From the NCBI GenBank assembly GCA_945883805.1, contig CAMCYE010000007.1, positions 9,260 through 73,259 on the forward strand: 64,000 nt of DNA, written 5' to 3'. The notes beneath the pieces were generated by a model that worked only from the letters and a program-made list of their open reading frames with translations, did not search any database and had not been told where the DNA came from. Of this stretch, positions 56,732 to 64,000 are shown one piece after another. Numbering within the stretch: the stretch's first letter is position 1; each line of letters begins with the position of its first letter. A program made the translations under genes and the position numbers. This DNA comes from Victivallis vadensis (lineage in GTDB: Bacteria > Verrucomicrobiota > Lentisphaeria > Victivallales > GWF2-50-93).

Positions 56732-57010
56732 ATGGCAGGCCATAGGAGCAATAATGTGTGGTATGTATATGTACTTCGTAGTCAAAAAGATGTTAGAACA
56801 TACATCGGCTCAACAAATGACCTGAAGCGCAGATTCAAAGAACATAATTGTGGTCTTGTCATGGCTACGACCCACAGAACTCCTCTCATTCTCGAAGCTT
56901 ATGTTGGCTTCACTGCGTGTTCGATAAGGTTGCGGGGCATGCCTGTTTTCGGGGTTTTGAAGTCAAACCAGAAGTTTACAGGCTTGTCGTGCCCGATCCC
57001 ATGCATGTAA
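56732..57010 (+). CDS. GIY-YIG domain protein, apparently 3'-truncated or diverged
   Basis: 'WYVYVLRSQKDVRTYIGSTNDLKRRFKEHNCG...HRTPLILEAYVGF' matches the first ~60 aa of small GIY-YIG proteins. The usual C-terminal helix is missing. The last 112 nt overlap the convergent radical SAM gene. Confidence 0.5.
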   Translation: MAGHRSNNVWYVYVLRSQKDVRTYIGSTNDLKRRFKEHNCGLVMATTHRTPLILEAYVGFTACSIRLRGMPVFGVLKSNQKFTGLSCPIPCM

Positions 57011-58749
57011 TTGTAAATCGCCTTATTCAAACCCATCGTGAATTTTTCGTGCCTGCAGCCTTCCTCATCGCTGAAAAACAAATCATTTAAGGCGAATGTG
57101 TGTTTCGACGGACCAGTGATTTTCACCTTGTATTTTCCAGTGTCTTGCGCAATCGCGCTGTGTGCCGTGAGCGCAAATCGGTGGAAGTAGGCCGACTGTA
57201 TTAATCCCTGTTCGAAAAATTGCCTTATTATTTCCAGGGAATCAATTGTCTCCTGTCCGGTCTGTGAGGGAAAACCGTACATCAGATAGGCGTGAACCAT
57301 GATGCCATTGCGGGTAAGGCAGTCGGCCGTTATCGCAGCCTGTCCTATTGTCACACCTTTGTTTATGAGTTTGAGTATCCTGTCGGAAGCCACTTCAATG
57401 CCTCCTGAAACGGCAATGCATCCCGAACGTGACAGCAGGCTGCACAGCTCATCGTTAAAAGTTTTTTCAAACCGGATATTGGTCCACCATGTTATTTGAA
57501 TCTTGCGTTTGATAAGCGCACCGGCGACTTCCTTGAGTAGTTTTGGAGGAGCTGCCTCGTCGGTGAAATGAAATCCGGTTTTGCCGGTCTGAAGAATAAT
57601 CCGCTCTATTTTATCCACAATGTTCTTGGCTGTATCCGGTTCGTAGCGTGAAATATAATCGAGGGAGGTATCGCAAAAGGTGCACTTCCTCCAATAACAG
57701 CCGTGCGCCATTGTAAGCTTGTTCCAAAACCCGTCGTTCCATATTTTATGCATGGGATTGGTCAGTTCAATGACTGACATGTATTCACCAATTTCCAATC
57801 CGGCATAGTCGGGACAGACGGTGTTGGAAAACCGTATGTTTTCCGAATTGTCAATGTAGTTTATTTTCCCATGATCCATGACATATGTCCGGACCAATGA
57901 ATCGACATTCTTTTTACCGTCAACATACTGGATGATTCTCTCCAGGGGCAATTCTCCATCGTCCAGGCAGATAAAGTCGGCGAATTTAAAAATTCGAGGT
58001 TCTTTCAACTGCCTTAAATCCGTGTTTACATAGCCTCCTCCAAACACTGTTTTTATCCCGGGATGGTTCTCCTTCAGGTGCCGGGCGCATTTTAAAGCGG
58101 CATAAAGATTGCCTGCAAAAGGGATGGTGAACCCGATTATTTGCGGCGATTGCTCAAATATGATTTCGTGTAACTGCTCGCACATGAAGGTGTCGAGAAG
58201 GTTGTTTTTCATAGACAGTCTGTCATGGATTTCGTCAAACTGGCTGGCTGAATGACAGATGCTTTCGGCATAGCGGTTAAAGCCATATTCACCTGAAATG
58301 GTTTCACGTATGTAACTGCCTATGGCGTTGATATATTGCGTGCCGAGATAGCGGGCTTTCTCCGTAAAACCCATGGTTCCAAAAGCCCATTCGAGGTTGT
58401 TCTCATCAATGTCTGCGGTGCCGGGAGGCAAAAAATCATGACTGCAAATCCGCATGGCCGATGTCTGGTCGCCTGTCTGCAGGAACCCGCGCACAAAATC
58501 AACCGTGTCAATATACTCCCGCCTGTATTTCCTGATCTTGCCGGCTAATTCAGTGTCAATCGCCTTTGTGCCTTCAAATATCCTGTCTAACCCTTCTTTG
58601 GAAAAAATATAATTGGTGAGCCGTATGCTCAGGTCGGCTTGCGCCACATCATAATGCCTGCTTTTCAAATAGCCGGTCAGCACGGTTGTCGCAGGATACG
58701 GACAGTTCCATTGCACAAAAGGAGGGGTTATGAGCAGAATTTTTGACAT
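56899..58749 (-). CDS. B12-binding-domain radical SAM protein (class B-like), function unknown
   Basis: 616 aa. N-terminal Rossmann-like 'KILLITPPF...' and 'GIKTVFGGGYVN'. Cluster 'HGCYWRKCTFCD' (Cys351/356/359, nt 57673..57699). 'GFHFTDEA' and 'VSGGIEVASDRILKLINKG' are radical SAM core motifs. Confidence 0.8.
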   Translation of the reverse strand: MSKILLITPPFVQWNCPYPATTVLTGYLKSRHYDVAQADLSIRLTNYIFSKEGLDRIFEGTKAIDTELAGKIRKYRREYIDTVDFVRGFLQTGDQTSAMRICSHDFLPPGTADIDENNLEWAFGTMGFTEKARYLGTQYINAIGSYIRETISGEYGFNRYAESICHSASQFDEIHDRLSMKNNLLDTFMCEQLHEIIFEQSPQIIGFTIPFAGNLYAALKCARHLKENHPGIKTVFGGGYVNTDLRQLKEPRIFKFADFICLDDGELPLERIIQYVDGKKNVDSLVRTYVMDHGKINYIDNSENIRFSNTVCPDYAGLEIGEYMSVIELTNPMHKIWNDGFWNKLTMAHGCYWRKCTFCDTSLDYISRYEPDTAKNIVDKIERIILQTGKTGFHFTDEAAPPKLLKEVAGALIKRKIQITWWTNIRFEKTFNDELCSLLSRSGCIAVSGGIEVASDRILKLINKGVTIGQAAITADCLTRNGIMVHAYLMYGFPSQTGQETIDSLEIIRQFFEQGLIQSAYFHRFALTAHSAIAQDTGKYKVKITGPSKHTFALNDLFFSDEEGCRHEKFTMGLNKAIYNYMHGIGHDKPVNFWFDFKTPKTGMPRNLIEHAVKPT

Positions 58750-58773
58750 TTATAATAAATTTTGTTCCCAAAT

Positions 58774-59811
58774 TTATATTTCAATCATCGCCTTCACGAC
58801 ACCGTCCTTGTAATCGGCAACAAGGTCAAACGCTTTTTTTGTATCTTTGAACTTGAAACGGTGTGTCACCATACTGCCGGCATCGAACAGGTTTTTGTCT
58901 ATCATGTCAAGGGCCGGACGGACGCAATGGTTCTGGCGTCTTACGTTCTGTATGCAGATTTCCTTCCTGCGTGAAAGGTCGACGTTCAGGGACCAGTGTT
59001 TCATTGATGGGGGGATTCCGATGAGCATGATTTTTCCGCCGGGTTTTACAAGTCCGACGGCCTGGTCCAGGGCATCCTGCTGTCCGCAGCATTCAAAAAC
59101 GGCATCGAAGAGCAGGGGTTCCCCGCCGGTAAATTTTTGAACGATGTCTTCCTTGTCCGGATTGCCGGTCAGGTCGGCGCCCATTTTTTCCGCAAGTTTT
59201 AGACGGAGGTCGATCTTGTCAGTCACATAGATTTTTTCCGCGCCCTGCGCCTTTGCCGGAAGAAGGACGCTTAATCCTATCGGGCCGGCGCCGAGAATTG
59301 CGATCTTCGCGCCTTTCATCGGAATGGATTGTTTTACGGCGTAAACGCCAATCGCAAGAGGTTCGGATATTGCGGCCTCCTCGAATGACATCGAATCCTT
59401 TATTTTGAGACAGCATTCTTCTGGCATGACGATATATTCCGAGAGACAGCCGTCCGCCTGTTTCGGACATCCAAGGAAACGGAGTTTTCTGCATGTGTGT
59501 GGGCGATCCGCCTTGCACTGGTCGCATTTCCAGCATGGCATTGCGGGTTCGACCGCAATCCTGTCGCCGGGTTTCACATTTTTCACGGCAGGTCCGATTT
59601 TTTCGACTGTTCCGGCGCCCTCATGTCCGACCGTGAACGGGTATTCTACGACCTGGCTCCCGATTTTCCCTTGTGTGTAATAGTGGACGTCGGAGCCGCA
59701 GACTCCGACAATTTTCATCCTGATGAGAACGTCGTCCGGATTTTTTATTTCCGGTGCAGGAACATCCCGCATCTCCATTTGGCGTATTCCTGTCAACATC
59801 ATTGATTTCAT
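58774..59811 (-). CDS. Zinc-dependent medium-chain dehydrogenase (sorbitol / L-threonine dehydrogenase-like)
   Basis: 'VGVCGSDVHYY', 'GHEGAGTV', structural zinc 'CWKCDQCKADRPHTC' and 'ILGAGPIGL' Rossmann motif. Lies 24 nt upstream of the radical SAM gene. Confidence 0.85.
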   Translation of the reverse strand: MKSMMLTGIRQMEMRDVPAPEIKNPDDVLIRMKIVGVCGSDVHYYTQGKIGSQVVEYPFTVGHEGAGTVEKIGPAVKNVKPGDRIAVEPAMPCWKCDQCKADRPHTCRKLRFLGCPKQADGCLSEYIVMPEECCLKIKDSMSFEEAAISEPLAIGVYAVKQSIPMKGAKIAILGAGPIGLSVLLPAKAQGAEKIYVTDKIDLRLKLAEKMGADLTGNPDKEDIVQKFTGGEPLLFDAVFECCGQQDALDQAVGLVKPGGKIMLIGIPPSMKHWSLNVDLSRRKEICIQNVRRQNHCVRPALDMIDKNLFDAGSMVTHRFKFKDTKKAFDLVADYKDGVVKAMIEI

Positions 59812-59989
59812 GAGGATTCCCTTATAAAAGTCCTGGTCGATTCATATTCCGAAGATTTGAGGAAGTCTGCCGACTGTTGACGGTTAACTTCATAGCTGTC
59901 GGTATATCCTACCACTTTAGGCTTGCATTTCAAGTGGGAAAACGGCATCTTCCCTCTTGGTTTACTTGATTTGTTTTCCATTTTCGACT

Positions 59990-60230
59990 GGATGGTCTGG
60001 AGCCGGTGGCGCATTATGTCGTCACAGATATGGACCGGCCCGACAAACCTGTACGACAGACCGGCAAGGAACTGATGGAGTCCGGCTTGCAACTCGAGAT
60101 GAAACAGGCTCCGCAGGCGGCAGTAATCGTCTATAGTCTGGCCAGATACTCTCGGCGGAAGTAAAAGCCACAGGAGCCGACCAGACGGTCAGCGTTCCCG
60201 GGAACGCCAAGCGTCTGCTTGGCTTAAAAA
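59990..60230. other. GC-rich, palindrome-dense non-coding region upstream of the dehydrogenase-radical SAM pair (candidate leader, riboswitch or sRNA)
   Basis: GCGTTCCCGGGAACGC (60192..60207). GCCAAGC-GTCT-GCTTGGC (60206..60223). TCTGGCCAGA (60137..60146). GGCTCC...GGAGCC (60107..60112 with 60173..60178). Only weak ORFs cover the region. Confidence 0.3.
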
Positions 60231-60402
60231 ATGTGTGGAAATACTTCCGCCAAACAAATCTAGTGCTCTGTGTCGCTGGAGAGATAATCTTTTCTGAAGT
60301 TTGATGTTTTGCTTGGTACTCGTGACTTTAACATGTGTTTTTTCTTAAACTCGGTCACTCGCTCTCTTGGCCACTCGGAATCTATTAAAAAGGAGACACC
60401 TC

Positions 60403-61131
60403 ATGAATATTGTGGCGCACCGGGGATATTCGGGAAAATATCCCGAAAACACATTGGCCGCTTTTGAAGCTGTGCTAAGGCATCCGGAATGCGGGAAGAA
60501 AATAACAGGGATGGAAATTGACATACAGCTGAGCTCCGACAATAAGATTGTGGTTTTCCATGATGCTGGAATAGAGCTGGAAGGGCGGAGAAGGGTGGTG
60601 TCGTCTTTCACCCATGAGGAAATTGTCAGACTTGCCAAACCTAAGCTTCAAGGCGAAAAAGTCTGTCTTTTCGAGGATGTCCTGCGTCTTGTTGATCACC
60701 GGATTGAGCTTCTGGTGGAAATAAAATCCGGAGAATATAACCATGCGATTCTGCTGGAATCTGTAGCCGGGCAAATAAAACATTACCGCCCTTCAGGCAG
60801 AGAGATAATCATCCATTCTTTTTCAGTGGAAATAATGAGGGCCGCATTGATTCGCCTTGCCGGAGAAAATGTGAAATACGGGATTCTCTGTGACACATCG
60901 CTGATGCTTGAAAAATTCGAAGACATTTTGGATAAGATAGATTACGTTCATCCAAGTTGGAAGGTGCTCCTTGAAGATCCCGAGGCTTTTGCACAGACGC
61001 AACGCCCATTCCACGTATGGACAGTAAACAGGAAGGAAGACTTGGATAAACTTATGCAGCTTCCATGCAAGGACAAAATCCGCGCAGTCATGACGGATGA
61101 GTTGGAACTGATGTGCGGGCAAAATAGTTAA
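60403..61131 (+). CDS. Glycerophosphodiester phosphodiesterase family protein
   Basis: 'MNIVAHRGYSGKYPENT' and 'MEIDIQLSSDNKIVVFHD' GDPD motifs. ATG 60403 is preceded by AAAGGAG. Confidence 0.8.
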   Translation: MNIVAHRGYSGKYPENTLAAFEAVLRHPECGKKITGMEIDIQLSSDNKIVVFHDAGIELEGRRRVVSSFTHEEIVRLAKPKLQGEKVCLFEDVLRLVDHRIELLVEIKSGEYNHAILLESVAGQIKHYRPSGREIIIHSFSVEIMRAALIRLAGENVKYGILCDTSLMLEKFEDILDKIDYVHPSWKVLLEDPEAFAQTQRPFHVWTVNRKEDLDKLMQLPCKDKIRAVMTDELELMCGQNS

Positions 61132-61258
61132 AGCTTACGCTACTGTTAACCAGCGGTCTATTGCGGGTCGCTCTCCAACTATTACTGAGGGCTTTCAAAA
61201 TTAACCCGGGCTATTCTTTGTCTTGAAATCTATCAAATGCATGTTATTTTTTAACATT

Positions 61259-62008
61259 ATGAATTCAAGACAGCAATATTTACTGGAGAAGCTTTCCAAG
61301 GCCGAAAGGCTTGAGACGGCAGAGGAGACGGTTATCCTGAAGGTTTCCTCCATGACGCTCTGGCGGGATTTCAAGATGTTCGAGGAGCAGGGGCTTGCAG
61401 TGAGGACACACGGAGGCGTCATTTCGGCCGTGAACAGGCAGCTCGGTTTTCCAAACATTTCCAAGTCCTCCGAATCACAGAAGAAAATTGCGAAAACCGC
61501 AGTTTCCATGGTTCATCGGAATTCCACAATCATGCTTAGTACCGGCACGACAACCCTCGAGGTCGCAAGACAGCTCGTATATTCGGGCAAGACACATGTG
61601 ACCATTATAACAAACTCCCTTCCGATAGCCGCGATATTCTACCAGACAGATTTCAACCTCATCCTGCTCGGAGGCTCCCTCAGAAGGAATTCCATGGATC
61701 TCACCGGCCCGCTTGCCGAGAAGAATCTTGACAAACTCCATGTCGACATGCTTTTCACAGGCTGTGACGGCGCAATTTCCGGAGAGGGGTTTTTCACATC
61801 CGATCTGTCCCTGGCCGAGCTCGAACGCAAATCGGTGCAAAGAACCAAGACTGTCGTCATCGTGACTGAAAGCGTGAAATTCGGGAGAAAGTCGCTTGCG
61901 AAGTTCGCATCGGCGGAGGATGTCCAGAGTGTCATCACTGACAGGAATCTGTCCGATTCGGACAGATTCACGCTGGAGAAAAACAATATCAAGGTCTTTT
62001 TATCCTGA
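61259..62008 (+). CDS. DeoR-family transcriptional regulator
   Basis: 'RQQYLLEKLSKAERLETAEETVILKVSSMTLWRDFKMFEEQGLAVRTHGG' HTH, plus a DeoR C-terminal sugar-binding domain 'MLFTGCDGA'. Confidence 0.8.
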   Translation: MNSRQQYLLEKLSKAERLETAEETVILKVSSMTLWRDFKMFEEQGLAVRTHGGVISAVNRQLGFPNISKSSESQKKIAKTAVSMVHRNSTIMLSTGTTTLEVARQLVYSGKTHVTIITNSLPIAAIFYQTDFNLILLGGSLRRNSMDLTGPLAEKNLDKLHVDMLFTGCDGAISGEGFFTSDLSLAELERKSVQRTKTVVIVTESVKFGRKSLAKFASAEDVQSVITDRNLSDSDRFTLEKNNIKVFLS

Positions 62009-62152
62009 AGCGCGGCAACGGAGTGCCACGGCTACAGTCCGGATTTTTTGTAGCCACGGCACTCTGTTGCCGTGATCTTTGATATTTGACTGTGGGAATG
62101 CCTCCGTACTCCCGAACTTCCTTATCTTTAAATTAGGCGGCCAAAGACTTGC
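62009..62152. repeat. C-hairpin copy 2 (plus orientation) and A module (minus orientation) in the deoR/isomerase convergent gap
   Basis: C2 at 62012..62074, GCGGCAACGGAGTGCCACGGCTACAG...TGTAGCCACGGCACTCTGTTGCCGTG, compared with C1 at 37484..37547. On the minus strand 62152..62128 reads GCAAGTCTTTGGCCGCCTAATTTAA. Confidence 0.8.
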
Positions 62153-63519
62153 TCCGCATCTACGGATATTCCAAGAATTGAGCAGAGCGCTTCCAGCTTT
62201 GCCCGGTTGTCGCCGTAGGAAATAATGTAGTGCTGGCTCATCACCTTCTGGATGAAGTCCTCCACGGGATTGTCAAAAATTATTTCCAGGCTTGGCAGTT
62301 GCGGGGCAGGTGGTGCCCAGCCGGCCTCCTCCCATTTGACCGGAGTTCGTGCGGTTCCGGTCATGATGTGCATGGCATATACTCCTTTTGAATATCCCAG
62401 CCGGCAGATTGTGACTTTTCCCGTTTTCAGTTTCGACACGTTCAGGAGGCCCTCGCCGAAATCGCCGAACGCGTTCGGCATTACTGTTACCTTGCCGTCG
62501 ACAATTTCCGCAGGAACATAGTCGGGCACCCCCATCAGCGCACCGTCTTTCATGAATTCGTAAAATTCCAGATATGCCGCAACTTGTCCGGTGAGATATT
62601 TTACGATGAGCTGCGTCACCGCGCCAAGGCTGTCGTTTTCCGGAATTGAGCAGATGTCCATTTCATCATGCAAGAGCGTCAGACTTCCCGCAGGAGCGAA
62701 TTTCATCAGTTTCTTGACACCGTCAACATCGCAGAAGGAGAATCCCTGATATTTTCGGTCATGGATTTTAGCTTTCAACGCGAGGAAAAGACGAACGGAA
62801 TTTTCCACGGTCCCCGGTCGCGGTTCTTTTACAAAATGCCATCTTTTTTTCAGGGCCGAGGAGATTGTCGCGATTTCCTTCGCTTTGACTTTCTCCATCA
62901 GTTGGGCAATCTCAAGCAGGTCGAAATGCTCTATTTCAGGACCTATTTGGGCTTTCAGGGAAACGCCGTCGTAGAGAGTGCCGTACAGTCGCATGTCACG
63001 ATAGCCTGCCATACCGATTTTGGCCGTTTTGAGTAGAGAAGCGGCCCGTGCGGCTTCCGCATAATTTATTATCTCTGCGATTCTCGGTTTTTCCCCGCGG
63101 TAATTGACAACGTATTTGAAATCATATCCCATGTCCTCCATCGGCTTGCGCAGGGCTGTGGTTCCCGCCTGATCGGCGGTGGTGACAAAACGGTCACCTT
63201 CCTGCCAGCCGCTGAGCCCCCACAGGATCATCGGCTTGTGTTTGAACGGTTCAATAACGCTGAAGACGGCCCAGGACGGTATCCACCCGGCGACACAGAT
63301 AATCAGCAGGTCAAAATCATTCCTGGCAAGCTCCGTCCTTGCCCGTGCCGCCTCTTTCCCGTCAGGATCGTCGCAGACAACTGCGGTTGTGAACAGTTTC
63401 AATCCCCTCTTTTCAAGCAATTTTGCGGATTCCGCACAACGCCCGACAATAAATTCCTTCGGTGTATTGACTTCCCCGAACCCGACAAATCCGGCTCTGA
63501 TTTCCCTTAACCTGTTCAT
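62128..63519 (-). CDS. L-fucose/L-arabinose isomerase-family sugar isomerase (tentative)
   Basis: 463 aa. N-terminus 'IRAGFVGFGEVNTPKEF' and overall size and pattern resemble FucI/AraA-like isomerases. The last five codons plus the stop lie in repeat module A. Confidence 0.5.
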   Translation of the reverse strand: MNRLREIRAGFVGFGEVNTPKEFIVGRCAESAKLLEKRGLKLFTTAVVCDDPDGKEAARARTELARNDFDLLIICVAGWIPSWAVFSVIEPFKHKPMILWGLSGWQEGDRFVTTADQAGTTALRKPMEDMGYDFKYVVNYRGEKPRIAEIINYAEAARAASLLKTAKIGMAGYRDMRLYGTLYDGVSLKAQIGPEIEHFDLLEIAQLMEKVKAKEIATISSALKKRWHFVKEPRPGTVENSVRLFLALKAKIHDRKYQGFSFCDVDGVKKLMKFAPAGSLTLLHDEMDICSIPENDSLGAVTQLIVKYLTGQVAAYLEFYEFMKDGALMGVPDYVPAEIVDGKVTVMPNAFGDFGEGLLNVSKLKTGKVTICRLGYSKGVYAMHIMTGTARTPVKWEEAGWAPPAPQLPSLEIIFDNPVEDFIQKVMSQHYIISYGDNRAKLEALCSILGISVDAEQVFGRLI

Positions 63520-63659
63520 AGTATATTCTCCATTTTTACTTTAAGACACGCTGAAGCTGTGAACTCCAACGAAGAATGTAATACGTGCGTCTCTCCTGAG
63601 TAATTAAATCTGCAAGTACGCTGAAATCCAAAAAAGAGATTAACCGACTTCTCAAAATC

Positions 63660-63860
63660 TTATCGGAACGCCAGCACCTTGCTGGCATATGCTTTAATGT
63701 GATACAGGCATCTCGCCTGTTCTTATTCTTCCTTAAAAAACACAGGCGAGACGCCTGTACCACATTCTTTTATCAACCAAGCGGATAAAGATCGCCACAC
63801 AGGATATCCGACAATCCATTAATTCGCCTTCAGTGAATTAATCCAATAATCCACCATCAA
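63660..63860. repeat. E-D composite copy 2 plus AATCCA-word tract
   Basis: GGAACGCC-AGCACCTTGCTGGC from 63666. D2 hairpin at 63699..63765 (compare D1 at 38966..39030; the right arm ACAGGCGAGACGCCTGTACCACAT is identical). GGATATCCGACAATCCATTAATTC...GAATTAATCCAATAATCCACC at 63801..63858. Confidence 0.8.
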
Positions 63861-64000
63861 GTACCATGGCGACTAAATAAATAACTCCGTTGCGTATCGC
63901 TTCATCTTTAAAGTCGAATTTCGGATTATGGTAGGCCGGGCTGTCAACACCCATTCCAATGAAGCAGAAGGCCCCGGGATAATCCCTAAGATAGAATGCA
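63838..64000 (-). CDS. M20-family amidohydrolase, C-terminal 53 aa only (5' part outside window)
   Basis: Own translation 'AFYLRDYPGAFCFIGMGVDSPAYHNPKFDFKDEAIRNGVIYLVAMVLDGGLLD*'. 'PGAF.F.G...H.P.FDF.DEA' is typical of M20D amidohydrolases. Confidence 0.6.
   Translation of the reverse strand, partial: AFYLRDYPGAFCFIGMGVDSPAYHNPKFDFKDEAIRNGVIYLVAMVLDGGLLD

Noticed and set aside
56564-56785. 73-aa minus-strand ORF
   Set aside because: It is entirely explained by tRNA-Asp and its flanks on the opposite strand.
59808-60092. The 94-aa ORF overlapping the ADH start as a RiPP precursor for the radical SAM enzyme
   Set aside because: It has no leader/core features, Cys/Ser/Thr-rich core or conserved motif. 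Its first half coincides with the palindrome-dense GC-rich region. The neighbourhood (ADH, GDPD, DeoR, isomerase) points to small-molecule metabolism. It cannot be excluded without conservation data.
59812-60402. RNase P RNA or a cobalamin riboswitch
   Set aside because: Short resemblances exist (GACCAGACGGTC, GGAGTCCGGCTT, AAGCCACAGGAGCCGACC). For RNase P they are in the wrong order or spacing, and a plus-strand RNase P would run into the GDPD gene. The cobalamin core motifs (GCCACTG, GGTGAAAATCC-type) are not matched well enough by eye. The region is kept only as an unclassified structured region.

Overview
Chromosomal segment of about 64 kb, most likely from a PVC-superphylum bacterium (Lentisphaerota, Kiritimatiellota or Verrucomicrobiota-like). 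The lineage call rests on prepilin-type N-termini fused to DUF1559/H-X9-DG and LamG domains, and on a dksA-like/lspA pair as in Chlamydiae. All calls come from reading the translations and the DNA by eye; no searches were run.

The content is mainly housekeeping genes: pyrR-pyrB-pyrC, alr, tadA, obg, rpmA, lpxA, an aconitase-family gene, metG, tsaD, plsY-gpsA, miaA, lspA, lptD, tRNA(CAT) and tRNA-Asp. There is also one AT-richer minus-strand operon (about 11.3-23.5 kb) that looks glycan-related. It runs AraC regulator, DUF1559 pseudopilin-like protein, DUF4838-like protein, a 979-aa secreted protein, CapA-like protein, beta-helix/LamG protein, URO-D-like protein and a Na+/solute symporter. A B12-type radical SAM plus Zn-dehydrogenase pair lies next to the two tRNAs.

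I recognised no transposase, integrase, CRISPR-Cas or known defence genes.

The most unusual signal is non-coding. At least 12 intergenic gaps are built from a shared kit of repeat modules:
- a small hairpin followed by CCTAATT(T/C)AA (module A);
- an AGGAATTTCAAAGTT box (module B);
- two long-hairpin families that each recur as near-identical distant copies (modules C and D);
- a GGAACRCC...GGCGTTCC closing stem (module E);
- a TCCGCC-GT-GGCGGA palindrome (module F);
- 'word-stutter' tracts such as GGATATTGGATATTC, GAACATCGAACAT and CACAAAG (the first is module G).

These modules are arranged as B-hairpin-A units or as repeat/insert arrays. They split the pyr operon, fill a 520-nt acn-metG gap, and in places supply stop codons or terminal codons of genes. 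The module A hairpin keeps its pairing while its sequence changes, which suggests selection on structure.

Other items worth checking:
- a CX4CX2C cluster in the radical SAM protein;
- two GC-rich structured intergenic regions that could be RNAs;
- a four-helix-bundle (Avd/IVS-protein family) gene flanked by inverted word arrays;
- decayed gene fragments.
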